Source: Steroidobacteraceae bacterium (GTDB lineage: Bacteria > Pseudomonadota > Gammaproteobacteria > Steroidobacterales > Steroidobacteraceae). From it: a stretch of 64,000 nucleotides of DNA. Shown in pieces: positions 16,659-26,924 of the stretch. The stretch lies in the NCBI GenBank assembly GCA_036501985.1, contig DASXZI010000020.1, positions 11,915-75,914 on the forward strand, given 5' to 3'. Position numbers and translations under genes: made by a program. Numbering within the stretch: the first letter of the stretch is position 1; every line of letters begins with the position of its first letter. The notes beneath the pieces were generated by a model that saw only the letters and a list, made by a program, of their open reading frames with translations, had not been told where the DNA came from and ran no database searches.

Positions 16659-19370
16659 ATGGGGGCATCCTCCGACCGGGGCTGGAAGGCATTCAGCGAC
16701 CATGTGGATCGGATTCTCGAGCTGTCCGAGCCGGACCTCGCCCGCTACCTCGCCGACCTGGAAAAGACGGATCCCGCGACGGCCAACCGGCTGGGAGTGC
16801 TGCTGCGGGCGCGAGCTCGTGCGGGCTACTCCTCCTTTCTGAGCGACTCGGCGCTGCCCGGTCTCGAGCAGCCGGCCAGCTCCCTGGTCGGGCGGACGGT
16901 GGGCCCCTATGTGATCGACGCCGAGATCGGCCGGGGCGGCATGGGAAGCGTCTGGCGCGCACATCGGGCCGATGGCCGCTTCGAAGGCACGGTTGCCATC
17001 AAGTTCCTGCATGCCCTGTGGCAGAGCCGCACCGGCGAGCAGCGCTTCCGGATCGAAGGCAAGCTGCTGGGACAGCTCGATCATCCCAACATCGCGCGCC
17101 TGATCGATGCAGGCGTACTCGAGGGCAGCCAGCCCTATCTCGTGATCGAGTACATCGAAGGCGAGCCGATCGACCTCTACTGCAAGGAGCATGGCCTCGG
17201 CCTCAGGGCCCGCGTGGAGTTGTTTCTGGCGGTGCTCGCGGCCGTAGCACACGCCCATGGCCATCTGATCGTGCACCGGGACATCAAACCGGCCAACATC
17301 TTCGTGACCCGCGACGGCAGCGTCAAACTGCTCGATTTCGGGATCGCCAAGCTGCTGGGGAGCGAGGCGGAGGCGGCTGCCCTTACCCGGTCCGGGGCCG
17401 TGGCCCTGACGCCTCAGTACGCCGCGCCGGAACAGCTGCTCGCGCAACCCGTCACGACAGGCACGGATGTGTACGCGCTTGGCCTGGTGTTATATGTGCT
17501 GCTGACAGGCAGACACCCGGTGGCCTCCGAGTCGCTCTCGAGCGCCGAGCTCATCCGGACGGTCCTCACCGAGGATGCCGCGCCGGCCTCGCAGGTCGCG
17601 GGCATTCCCGGCATCGGTCCGCGCGCCCTCGCAGGCGATCTGGACAACATCCTGGCGAAGGCCCTGAAGAAGTCGTCCGCGGAGCGCTATGCCTCTGCGG
17701 AAGCCTTGGCCGAGGATCTGCGCCGCTACCTCGATTTCCAGCCCGTACTGGCACGAGCCGACTCGCTCGGCTACCGCCTCGGCAAGTTTCTGCGGCGCCA
17801 TCGCGGGGGTGTCGCCGCGAGTGCCGTGGTCGCCTCGATTCTCGTGGCTGCCGTGATCGCCATCTACCTGCAGAAGATCGAGGCGGATCGCGAGCGGCAG
17901 GAAGCCACGCTGCAGGCGCTGCGGGTGCAGGAGTCTTATCGCTTCCTCAGCAGCATGGTCGAGGAGATCGGCGCCGAGGGCGGCACGATGTCCCCGACGC
18001 AGATCCTGGACCGCGGCATGTATCTGCTCGAGCACCAGGACTCGGTCGATCCGCGCGCCAAGGTCGACGAGATGAGGCAGATGGGCACTTTCTACGCCAG
18101 CCTGTTCGAGAGCCGCAAGGAGCAGGAGGTTCTGAGTCGTGCCGAGGAGCTGGCGCGGCGCTATCACTACATCGAGGGGCTGATCGAGCTGCAGTGTGAC
18201 CAGGTGGACACCGAGCTGGACCTCGATCACCGGGACAAGGCGCAAGCCCGGCTCGGCGAGGCGCAGCGCCTGCTGTCCGCCATGGCGCATCCCACCGCGC
18301 TGCTGCGCGGCATGGTCGAAGAGCAGGCCGCCGTCATGGCCGCAGCCAACGGACACAACGACGTGGCGATCGGCTACGCGCAGGGGGCTCTGCGGATCCT
18401 GCGGACAGGAGGTGAGGAAAACACTGCCAATTACGCAGCCATTCTGAGCCGTCTGTCGGTGTACCACGATGCTCTGGGACACCCGCAGGAAGCGCACCGC
18501 TACACGGAGCTGACGGGCGCAGCGTGGGACAGGCTGCATGGAACCGGATCCTTGGAGAGCCTCACGATCCTGAACAACGAATCGGTCGATCTGATCAACT
18601 TCGGCGAAGTGCGCGCAGCGCTCGCGACCAGCGCCGAGGTATTGCGGCGTCTGCAGGCCCGAGGGGCCGGAGCCGCGGTGCAGGTGCCCTTCAGAACGAA
18701 CTACGGCGCGCGCCTCGCCGCGATGGGCCGCTACCCGGAAGCGCTCTCTTTTCTGGATCGAGCGATCGCGGATGCGAGCACCAGCAAGAACCTCTACTGG
18801 CAGCGACGGGCGCAGTACTTCCGCGCGTGCGCTCTCGTGCACGCCGGGAAGCAGGCCGAGGCGCAACCGGCACTCGATGCGATCGATAAGGCGTACCGGA
18901 CGGATGCCGTGAAGAACGAAGCCGCCCTGGAGTCGCTCGCGGTGTGCCGGTCAGAGTGGTTGTTGGGTGGCGGGGAGGCGCAGCTTGCGCAGGAGAGCAT
19001 CGAGCGGCTGTTGAGGGAAGTAGGTTATCCTCAACACACCTCGCTCCCCGTTTTGCGCACGGCGCTGCCAGCAGCGGCTCGAATCGCGCTCGCGCGCAAT
19101 GATCTGCGCGGCGCCGAAGGCTATGCGGCCGCTGCGGCCGATTACGCGAGCAAGGCTGCGCGTGACCCGAAGCGGAGCGCCGACCGAGGTCGTGCGCTCG
19201 TGCTGCTGGCGCAGGCACAGCACGCTGGGAAGGACGATGCGGCAGCGGTACAGGTATTGAAGGAGGCTCTGCCGTCTCTGGCGGGAGGCCTCGGATCGGA
19301 TCACACCGAAGTCGTCACAGCCAAAGGGTTGCTCGCCGACTGGACGCAAGGCCCGAAGGGCACAACGTGA
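16659..19370 (+). CDS. membrane Ser/Thr protein kinase with TPR-like C-terminal domain
   Basis: Hanks motifs GRGGMGSVW, AIKF, HRDIKPANIF, DFGIAKLL, APEQ. One TM segment (VAASAVVASILVAAVIAIYL) and an approximately 480-aa helical-repeat C-terminus. ATG 16659 is preferred over track start 16569. Confidence 0.85.
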   Translation: MGASSDRGWKAFSDHVDRILELSEPDLARYLADLEKTDPATANRLGVLLRARARAGYSSFLSDSALPGLEQPASSLVGRTVGPYVIDAEIGRGGMGSVWRAHRADGRFEGTVAIKFLHALWQSRTGEQRFRIEGKLLGQLDHPNIARLIDAGVLEGSQPYLVIEYIEGEPIDLYCKEHGLGLRARVELFLAVLAAVAHAHGHLIVHRDIKPANIFVTRDGSVKLLDFGIAKLLGSEAEAAALTRSGAVALTPQYAAPEQLLAQPVTTGTDVYALGLVLYVLLTGRHPVASESLSSAELIRTVLTEDAAPASQVAGIPGIGPRALAGDLDNILAKALKKSSAERYASAEALAEDLRRYLDFQPVLARADSLGYRLGKFLRRHRGGVAASAVVASILVAAVIAIYLQKIEADRERQEATLQALRVQESYRFLSSMVEEIGAEGGTMSPTQILDRGMYLLEHQDSVDPRAKVDEMRQMGTFYASLFESRKEQEVLSRAEELARRYHYIEGLIELQCDQVDTELDLDHRDKAQARLGEAQRLLSAMAHPTALLRGMVEEQAAVMAAANGHNDVAIGYAQGALRILRTGGEENTANYAAILSRLSVYHDALGHPQEAHRYTELTGAAWDRLHGTGSLESLTILNNESVDLINFGEVRAALATSAEVLRRLQARGAGAAVQVPFRTNYGARLAAMGRYPEALSFLDRAIADASTSKNLYWQRRAQYFRACALVHAGKQAEAQPALDAIDKAYRTDAVKNEAALESLAVCRSEWLLGGGEAQLAQESIERLLREVGYPQHTSLPVLRTALPAAARIALARNDLRGAEGYAAAAADYASKAARDPKRSADRGRALVLLAQAQHAGKDDAAAVQVLKEALPSLAGGLGSDHTEVVTAKGLLADWTQGPKGTT

Positions 19371-19377
19371 GGGGTGG

Positions 19378-21408
19378 ATGATGAGAGAACGAACGATGAG
19401 TCTGGCGCTACTAGCGGGTGCCGGCGTGTGCTGCGTGCTGTCGGGGGCCGTCCGTGCCGAGACGCCCTCCATCGCAAAGGCGGTCGAGGCTCTCACCTCC
19501 GTTCATCCCTTCGGCGAAGTTGCGATCTCCCCGGACGGGAAGCGTGTGGTCTATGGCACTGTCGTGACGGGCAAACGAGGCGGCGCCGAGGTCGACGCAT
19601 CCGTCCTGTGGGTCGCGAACGCTCGCAACGGCTCATCCGCCATTCGCCTGACAGCCTGCCCCGAAATGGCGTGCGACGAGCACAGTGCCGCCTGGTCGCC
19701 CGATGGCAAGCAGATCGTGTTCGTCACCACGGACGAGCACGACCAGACGCAGCTCGCTGTTGCCAGCGCCACCGGGAGCGACGTCAGAGTCATCACGAGC
19801 GCACACGGGCCCGTGGACACGCCGCGCTGGTCGCCTGATGGCAAACAGATCGCGTTTCTGTATTCCAAGGGAGCGCCCCGCATGCCCGGACCGCTCAATC
19901 CCCTGGCGCGTGACGCGGGTGTGCTGTCGGAAACGCTCTATGAGCAGCACCTTGCGCTGACGACTCCGGGGGGCGGCGAGATCAAGCTGCTCGGGCCGAC
20001 CGATCTCAACATCTACGAGTACGACTGGTCCCCGGACGGCAGGCGGTTCGTCGTGAGCGCTGCCCGCGGATCGGGAGACGACAACTGGTGGATCGCCGAC
20101 CTGGAGCTGGTCGATGCACAGACGGGGACTACCGGTCCGCTGCTGAAGACGCCGCTGCAGATTGCCTCGCCGCGCTGGTCGGGCGATGGCACTCAGGTCG
20201 CCTACATCGGCGGCGTCATGAGCGATGAGGGGATCACCGGCGGAGACCTCTACCTGCTCGCCGCCACGGGCGGTACACCGGTGGATGTGACCCCAAATCT
20301 CGCTGCCTCCGTGCAGACGATCACCTGGAATGGATCCTCCTCGCACATCGTGGCCACGGAGTTTGCAGCCGGCGAGGAGGTACTCGCCTCGGTGGATGTG
20401 AAATCCAAGGTGCAGCGCGAGATCTGGCGCGGCCCGCAGATGATCTGGGCCAACAGCCTGATGGGGTTTGCGCCGGGCGATGTGGGCATCTCCTTGTCCC
20501 GGGACGCCTCGGCCTCGGCGATTGTCCGCCAGTCCTACACGACCCCCCCGGAGGTGGAAACCGGCACACCCGGAAAGTGGAAGCCGATCACCCACCTCAA
20601 CGCGGAAGTCCACCCGATCACCGGCAAGGCGACGATCCTGGCGTGGAAAAGCGATCGCTTCGACGTCCAGGGAATGCTCGTGGAGCCCGCGACACTCACT
20701 CCTGGCAAGCGCTATCCGCTGGTTGTCGAGGTGCACGGCGGCCCGGCGTACGCGCACTACCCGCTCTTCCCTGCAAGCCCCGACGCATTCGACGCCGTGC
20801 TCTCGAGCCAGGGCTACTTCGTATTCAAACCCAACCCACGCGGCAGCTACGGCCAGGGAGAGGCCTTCACAAGGGCCAACGTCAAGGATTTCGGCTACGG
20901 CGATCTGCGCGACATCCTCAAGGGGCTGGACGCCGTGCAGAAGACAGCCCCGATCGATGTTGCCCGGGTCGGCATCGCCGGCTGGAGCTACGGCGGCTAC
21001 ATGACCATGTGGGCGGTGACCCAGACCGACCGATTCAAGGCAGCGGTCTCCGGTGCCGGCCTCTCCGACTGGCTCAGCTACTACGGCACTAACAACATCG
21101 ATACCTGGATGATCCCGTACTTCGGCGCGTCCGTTTACGATGATCCGAAGGTGTATGAGCGCAGCTCCCCCATCACCTTCATCAAGAAGGTCAAGACTCC
21201 CACGCTCATGGTCGGCGGCGACCGGGATGCGGAAGTGCCGATCACGCAATCCTATGAATACTGGAACGCGCTGAAGCACCTCGGTGTGAAAACCGAGTTC
21301 GTGGTGTACCCGGACGAAGGCCACTTCTTCTTCAAGCGCGCCGACCAGGTCGATGTGATGACGCACCTGGTGGACTGGTTCAACCAGTACCTTCAGGCGG
21401 CGCCGTAA
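19378..21408 (+). CDS. S9-family serine peptidase (prolyl oligopeptidase/acylaminoacyl-peptidase type), secreted
   Basis: Signal peptide. N-terminal propeller repeats (WSPDGK recurs). Catalytic GWSYGGYM, GGDRDAEVP, YPDEGHFF. Confidence 0.85.
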   Translation: MMRERTMSLALLAGAGVCCVLSGAVRAETPSIAKAVEALTSVHPFGEVAISPDGKRVVYGTVVTGKRGGAEVDASVLWVANARNGSSAIRLTACPEMACDEHSAAWSPDGKQIVFVTTDEHDQTQLAVASATGSDVRVITSAHGPVDTPRWSPDGKQIAFLYSKGAPRMPGPLNPLARDAGVLSETLYEQHLALTTPGGGEIKLLGPTDLNIYEYDWSPDGRRFVVSAARGSGDDNWWIADLELVDAQTGTTGPLLKTPLQIASPRWSGDGTQVAYIGGVMSDEGITGGDLYLLAATGGTPVDVTPNLAASVQTITWNGSSSHIVATEFAAGEEVLASVDVKSKVQREIWRGPQMIWANSLMGFAPGDVGISLSRDASASAIVRQSYTTPPEVETGTPGKWKPITHLNAEVHPITGKATILAWKSDRFDVQGMLVEPATLTPGKRYPLVVEVHGGPAYAHYPLFPASPDAFDAVLSSQGYFVFKPNPRGSYGQGEAFTRANVKDFGYGDLRDILKGLDAVQKTAPIDVARVGIAGWSYGGYMTMWAVTQTDRFKAAVSGAGLSDWLSYYGTNNIDTWMIPYFGASVYDDPKVYERSSPITFIKKVKTPTLMVGGDRDAEVPITQSYEYWNALKHLGVKTEFVVYPDEGHFFFKRADQVDVMTHLVDWFNQYLQAAP

Positions 21409-21443
21409 GCCCGGCGTATGCTCGGGAGATCTGCGCGGCGCCG

Positions 21444-22745
21444 TCAGGGCTCGGGCGAGGACTGCGAGCCCTTGTAGATCTTTCCGTCCTTCATCACGAA
21501 CCGGACGGCGCGGACCGCATGAATGTCGCGAGTCGGATCTGCATCGACCGCAATCAGATCGGCGAGCATCCCGGTCTTGACGCTGCCGTACTGATCACCG
21601 ACGTGGAAGCTGTGGGCGTTGCCGGATGTGGCGGCAATGAGCACCTGCGCCGCCGGCATGCCCGCCGCAGCCATCAACTCCATCTCGCGTGCGTTCTGGC
21701 CGTGCGCAAAGACGCCAACGTCGCCGCCCACGCACATCGTCACTCCCGCGGCCCGTGCCGCGGCAAACGCGGCTCGCGATTCGGCAACGGCCGCAGGAGC
21801 CGGCTCCTCGCCATTCCAGCCGCGATACCGTGAGACGGCATCGGCTGCGGCAAGAGTCGGACAGTACGCAACATTGTGTGCGCGCATCAGCTTGAAGACC
21901 TCGGGAGTGCCTTGGGTCCCATGCTCCACGGTATCGACCCCGGCGAGGATGGCGCGTCGCATTCCTTCTGCGGTGCTCGCATGCGCCGCGACTATTCGGC
22001 CGGCGCTGTGGGCTGCCTCGACTGCCGCGTGCATCTCCTGCTCCGTGAAGGTCGGCCGACTCGGCTCGCCGGGGCGCCAGCGATAGTCCGCATACAGCTT
22101 CACGACATCCGCCCCGGCGCCGATCTGGCGGCGCGCCGCGGTGACGAGGTTGGGGCCGTCGGCTTCTTCCGCTCCCTGCGGGATGCTGACACCGGGCTCG
22201 AAACCCTTCGGCCCGTAGGCGCCTGGAGCCACGAGCGCACGGGTCGCCACGAGCATCCGCGGACCCGGAATGATGCCCTGCTCGATCGCCTGCTTGAGAC
22301 CCACATCGGCGTAACCGGCGCCCTCCGTGCCGAGATCGCGGACGGTGGTGAAGCCCGCCATCAGGGTCGCCCGGGCCGCCACCGTCGCGCGCGCGATGCG
22401 CAGCGCGAGCGGCTCGTGCAGCACCTGGTCGTCCCAGGAGGTCTCGTTGTAGGGATGCAGGAACAGGTGCGAATGGCCTTCGATCATGCCCGGCATGAGG
22501 GTCTCCCCCGGCAGATCGATCTCGGTGGCGCCCGCAGGCGCCGATACATCCGCTCCAACAGCGTCGATCTTGTTTCCGCGCACCAGGACCTTCCAGCCCT
22601 CGTGGGGCCTCGGGTCCGTTCCATCAAACACGCGCGCGGGCTTCAGCAGATAGAGTGGGGATAATGCAGGAACGGGAGCTTCCGCCCGAGCTGCCCAGGA
22701 CAGCGCGAACAGCAGCGCACAACCGAGCGACGGCGTGAGACGCAT
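21444..22745 (-). CDS. secreted amidohydrolase-superfamily metallohydrolase (paralog of 1985..3325)
   Basis: Signal peptide. PGMIEGHSHLF, VAAHAST, VGGDVG. Collinear with the 1985..3325 product. Confidence 0.85.
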   Translation of the reverse strand: MRLTPSLGCALLFALSWAARAEAPVPALSPLYLLKPARVFDGTDPRPHEGWKVLVRGNKIDAVGADVSAPAGATEIDLPGETLMPGMIEGHSHLFLHPYNETSWDDQVLHEPLALRIARATVAARATLMAGFTTVRDLGTEGAGYADVGLKQAIEQGIIPGPRMLVATRALVAPGAYGPKGFEPGVSIPQGAEEADGPNLVTAARRQIGAGADVVKLYADYRWRPGEPSRPTFTEQEMHAAVEAAHSAGRIVAAHASTAEGMRRAILAGVDTVEHGTQGTPEVFKLMRAHNVAYCPTLAAADAVSRYRGWNGEEPAPAAVAESRAAFAAARAAGVTMCVGGDVGVFAHGQNAREMELMAAAGMPAAQVLIAATSGNAHSFHVGDQYGSVKTGMLADLIAVDADPTRDIHAVRAVRFVMKDGKIYKGSQSSPEP

Positions 22746-22748
22746 CAG

Positions 22749-24944
22749 CTACTCCCCGGGCCGGTACCGCTTCTCGATGTGTCCATTGAGATCAGCGGGA
22801 TAGTAGTAGATCGGGCGCAGATTGCCGTCGGCATAGCGCTGCACCTGGTCGCGGAAGTGACTCGAATGCGGATCGCCACTCTCGCCGCCGGCGCTGACTC
22901 CCCAGGCGCGCACCTGCGGCCCGAACTCCACGACTGCGACAAAGCTATTGCCGTAGGTGCCGTAGTAACACTTCGTCCCCGGATACCGCTTCGCGCCGAA
23001 GGATGCCAGCGAGCCCCACTGAGAGGATGTGAAGGGTACGGGGACACTGGCCTTCACGTCGCTGAAGGTTTGCACGATGGCGGCATCGTTGCGCTGAAAG
23101 CGGTTGATCTCACCCCAAGGCACCGCATAGCTGCCGAAGTCCGTGGTGAGTCGTTGAGCCGCCTGCGCGAGAGCGGCGAGTTTCTGGGCGTCGCTGGTGT
23201 GATCGGCCATGTAGTCCCAGACGGACTGGCGCGCCGCCTTGGCAGGCTCGAGGGACACTTGCCACAGGGCCTCACCCCAGAACACGGCCAGGGAGGTCGG
23301 CTTCGAGCCAAGACCCCAGCGATAGTCCCAGCTGCGCAGCAACTGGATGGGCCCTGCGAGCGCGGCCTTGCCCGCCTCGCTCTCGGGCAGGCCGTCGTAT
23401 GCCTTGAGCAGCATCGGCACCAACTGCGCGAAGGCGGTCAGGTAGGGATCGAATGCCGCGGCGATCAGGCTCTGGGGCGTGAAATCCCGCCGGGCTGTCA
23501 GGACGCGGATGGCGTGTGGTCCGCGGGGGTTCTCCCCCGCCTCGTCCATGTAACGGGGAAAATCGGCCGCCTTCGGGCTGTCAGCGCCGGCGGCGGTCCA
23601 TGGTGAGTCGTTCGTGTTCATGACCCAGCCGTTCGCGGGGCTGAGCACGTGGGGGATGCTCGCCAGGCTGTGCAGGTCCTTCCAGTCGGTCGCCGGGTCG
23701 CTCCCGTCCACCGGTTCCCGGTAGTCGAACCGATCGTTGCGCACGGGCACGAACTGCGGGTGCAGGTAGGCGATCTCGCCTTTGGAGTCGGCGAATATCG
23801 TGTTGTTGGAGGAGTTGGCCTGCAGGGCGGCTACCTTGAGATAACTGGCGTAGTCGTGGGCCTTGGTGCGCAGGAAAGACTGCTCGAGCGCTGCGATCGG
23901 CCTGTTCATCAGCGCGAAGGCGATCCACTTGCCGCCAGCCTCGCGCACGATGGGTCCATGATGCGTAGCGAAGGTCGTGAAGGTGCGCGTCGCCATCGAG
24001 CCATCCGCAGCGCGATAGGACAGCGTCACGCTCTTCGGCGTGACCGGCCGCAACTCCTGCCCGTAGCGATACGATCGCGAACCGTCGGAATTGGTGACGA
24101 TCGTCTCCGCGAACTCGTCCACATTGTCCACGCCGCTGGAGGTGTGCATCCAGCCGACCCTGGAGTTGAAGCCCTGGTAGATGAAGAACTGACCCCACGT
24201 GACCGCTCCGTACGCATCGAGGCCTTCATCGCTCGCCATCTGCAGCTCGGAGCGAAAGAAGAAGCTGGTATGAGGATTGATGAGCAGCAGTGCATGGCCA
24301 TCGCGGGTATGCGAGGGAGCGATCGCGAAGCCGTTGGATCCCTGGGGCTCGCGCAGCATCACCCCCCGCTCGAGCTGCGTCATCGCCACGGGCTTGTGCT
24401 CGTAGAAGGCCTGGAGTTGCGAGAGCGGCACGCGCTCGATGTCACCGCCGATGCTGCCTTCGGAAAAGCTCAGTGCCATCCACGGCTCGAAATGACTCAA
24501 CACGCGGGGATGGACCTCGGGATGCGCGGCCAGATAGGCATTCAAGCCGGCCGCCCACGCCTGCATGAGCTTTTTCAGCCACGCAGGGCTGCGCTCGTAG
24601 TCCGCCTGCAGCGTCTGCGGATCGATGAACAGCCGCTGCCGCAGGTCCTGCCAGAGGGCGCCCTCGCCCTCTGCCTCGGCGAGGCGGCCCAGGCTGACCA
24701 GGTAGTTGGTTTCCACCCGGTTGAAGTCATCCTCGGCCTGCGCGTAGATGATTCCGAAGACGGCGTCGGCGTCCGTCTTGCCCTTGATGTGCGCAATTCC
24801 CCAGTCATCGCGCGTGATCGTGACCCGGGCAGCCTGTGCTGCCCAGGCCGGATGTTGTCCGGTGGGTGCGGCCCACGCGCAGCCGATCCAACACACCGTC
24901 AGGAGGGAGAGTGCAGTGGCGTGACCGACAGCGGAGGCTCGCAT
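22749..24944 (-). CDS. penicillin acylase family (Ntn hydrolase) protein, secreted
   Basis: Signal peptide MRASAVGHATALSLLTVCWIGCAWA. Autoprocessing/nucleophile context REPQGSNGFAIAP. About 730 aa. The ORF track starts at 25022. Confidence 0.8.
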   Translation of the reverse strand: MRASAVGHATALSLLTVCWIGCAWAAPTGQHPAWAAQAARVTITRDDWGIAHIKGKTDADAVFGIIYAQAEDDFNRVETNYLVSLGRLAEAEGEGALWQDLRQRLFIDPQTLQADYERSPAWLKKLMQAWAAGLNAYLAAHPEVHPRVLSHFEPWMALSFSEGSIGGDIERVPLSQLQAFYEHKPVAMTQLERGVMLREPQGSNGFAIAPSHTRDGHALLLINPHTSFFFRSELQMASDEGLDAYGAVTWGQFFIYQGFNSRVGWMHTSSGVDNVDEFAETIVTNSDGSRSYRYGQELRPVTPKSVTLSYRAADGSMATRTFTTFATHHGPIVREAGGKWIAFALMNRPIAALEQSFLRTKAHDYASYLKVAALQANSSNNTIFADSKGEIAYLHPQFVPVRNDRFDYREPVDGSDPATDWKDLHSLASIPHVLSPANGWVMNTNDSPWTAAGADSPKAADFPRYMDEAGENPRGPHAIRVLTARRDFTPQSLIAAAFDPYLTAFAQLVPMLLKAYDGLPESEAGKAALAGPIQLLRSWDYRWGLGSKPTSLAVFWGEALWQVSLEPAKAARQSVWDYMADHTSDAQKLAALAQAAQRLTTDFGSYAVPWGEINRFQRNDAAIVQTFSDVKASVPVPFTSSQWGSLASFGAKRYPGTKCYYGTYGNSFVAVVEFGPQVRAWGVSAGGESGDPHSSHFRDQVQRYADGNLRPIYYYPADLNGHIEKRYRPGE

Positions 24945-25099
24945 GGGTCGGGCATCATAAACGGCCGGCCGCGAATTCCGAACCCCCCCGCGGCAAGCGC
25001 AAGAAATACCAAGATTCCTCATTGCCGGGTCAGATTCGGATCGGCATACTGGCTCCCGACCCGATCGGGTCTGCCATCTGGCCCACGCAGAGCGAGCGC

Positions 25100-26298
25100 A
25101 TGAGGTTGCAGGACGCCCAACTGGCCGTCAGCCGGTTCTTGGCCCCGTTGACACTGGATGAGTTTCTGGACGAGATCCTCGTTGGGGGGTTCGCCCGGAT
25201 CGGGGGCAACCGGCTCGCCGGCCGCGGGGATCTGCTCGGACCCGATCCCCAGTCGGTGCTCCTCCAGGCAGTGCACCTGGCATCGAAGCTGACCTTCCAC
25301 TCGGCCAATCCTACGGGACCGCCGCCTTCGCTTCACGCGGTTCGGGATCAGGCCGACTTCGGCGAGCGGCTCGCCCAGTTCCATTCCAGAAACTACTCGG
25401 TGCGATTTCCGGAGCTGCGCCCGCTCTCCGGCGCCCTGGATCAGCTCGCGCGCGCCCTGGAGATGCTGCTGCATCAGCCTGTGACGGCGTCCGCGTTCTG
25501 GAGTCGAGGCGGCCTGCGTGCACCGGTGCACTGTGACGATCACGACATCCTCGTGGTCCAGTTGCGCGGGGCCAAGCGCTGGCTGATCTCGAAGCGGCCG
25601 TCCGGACTGCCGAACACATGGAAGGGCATCCCCGCGGAAGCGCCCGACCCCGCAGAGCATCAGAAGCTCGACCTGCTTCCCGGCGATCTCCTTTATCTGC
25701 CGCGCGGCACCTTTCACAGCGTCGATGCCGATGTCGAGTCGCTGCACATCTCGATCGGGTTCACACCGCTGACCGCCCGGGAAGCGGTGATCGCGGCGCT
25801 CGACCATCTGTCCGTGCCGACCCAAGCCTGAGGCTGACGGCGGGAACCCGCCTCGCGTACCAGCTCGGCGGCGCCGGGGTCGAGCCATTCGAATCGATCG
25901 TCCTCGCAGTCATCGCCCGCCTGGCGGGCGCCTGCCGCACTCCGGGTTTTCTGCCGGAGGCTCTGCAGCGACGCTCAGCGCGGGCCATCGGGTGGCTGAC
26001 GAGCTTGCCAGCACCGACTGCGCAGCAGGCGATCGATCTGGAGACCGTTCTGGTCCAACGGACCATGGCCTTCTGTCATCTCACGGGCAATGCCGCGCTG
26101 ATCGATTTCGCCTACCCGGGCGGACATCTGTACATCCATCGCGGCGCCGAAGAGAGCGTTCTCTACATCGCGAATACGCCGCGCTTTGCAATCCGGGACA
26201 TCCCCGGAGGACTCAGCGACGAGGCTCGCCTTTCCCTCGTGAGGCGCTTCCTGGACGTGGGCTTTCTCGAGCCGGCGGCGCCAGATCCGTCCTTCTGA
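25100..26298 (+). pseudogene. cupin-4/JmjC-like oxygenase split by a 1-nt frameshift (or a sequencing error)
   Basis: Frame A reads APVHCDDHDILVVQLRGAKRW...PGDLLYLPRGTFHSVDA...HISIGF...AALDHLS and stops at 25831. Frame B continues from about 25813 with RADPSLRL...PRFAIRDIPGGLSDEARLSLVRRFLDVGFL to 26298. The junction ctgtccgtgcc is compatible with loss of one C. Confidence 0.6.
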
Positions 26299-26409
26299 CC
26301 TGAGCGACAACTCCGCCGCGCTTCTCGTGGCGTGGCCACTACCACTTATGACGGATGGCCCGCGTCGCGCGGAAGGAGTGTCATCTCGGGCTCACGGGGA
26401 CTCACTTGC

Positions 26410-26838
26410 ATGGTGATATCGATCACGCGCTTGCGGATTCGCGCTTGGCGCTTCATGCCGGGCTTTCTCGTGCTGGCGATTCGCTCTGCGTGGCAGGCGC
26501 GCCAGGCGCCGGACAATCTGTGCGTCTCGCTGCTGGTCGATGCTGATCGGACCTACTGGACGCGCACCGGTTGGCGCACCGAGACGGCGCTTCGTGCTTA
26601 TATGCTCGCGGGCCCACACCGCGTTGCGATGACGCGCCTGGCCGATTGGTGTGACGAGGCGGCCACCGTCTGTTGGCTCCAGGACGAGGGCCCCCTGCCT
26701 TCCTGGGCCGAGACTCGGCAGCGCATGCAGCGCGAGGGCCGCCCTTCGCGCCTCAAGCATCCCTCGAGCGCACACGAGGGGTTTCGGATTGCCGAGCAGA
26801 AGAGACCCGGGCCCTTCAGCCAGGTTCATCTGACGTGA
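26410..26838 (+). CDS. hypothetical protein (possibly ABM/DUF3291-like fold)
   Basis: 142-aa ORF with good codon bias. MVISITRLRIRAWRFMPGFL...ALRAYMLAGPHRVAM. The family assignment is from memory only. Confidence 0.5.
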   Translation: MVISITRLRIRAWRFMPGFLVLAIRSAWQARQAPDNLCVSLLVDADRTYWTRTGWRTETALRAYMLAGPHRVAMTRLADWCDEAATVCWLQDEGPLPSWAETRQRMQREGRPSRLKHPSSAHEGFRIAEQKRPGPFSQVHLT

Positions 26839-26924
26839 GTCTCTCGCGCGGGCGGCGCGGCGGGATTCCCGCGTGAGTTGCAGCGATCCGGGTGGTCACG
26901 GCGCCCGGATCAGAGTGAGGCAGC

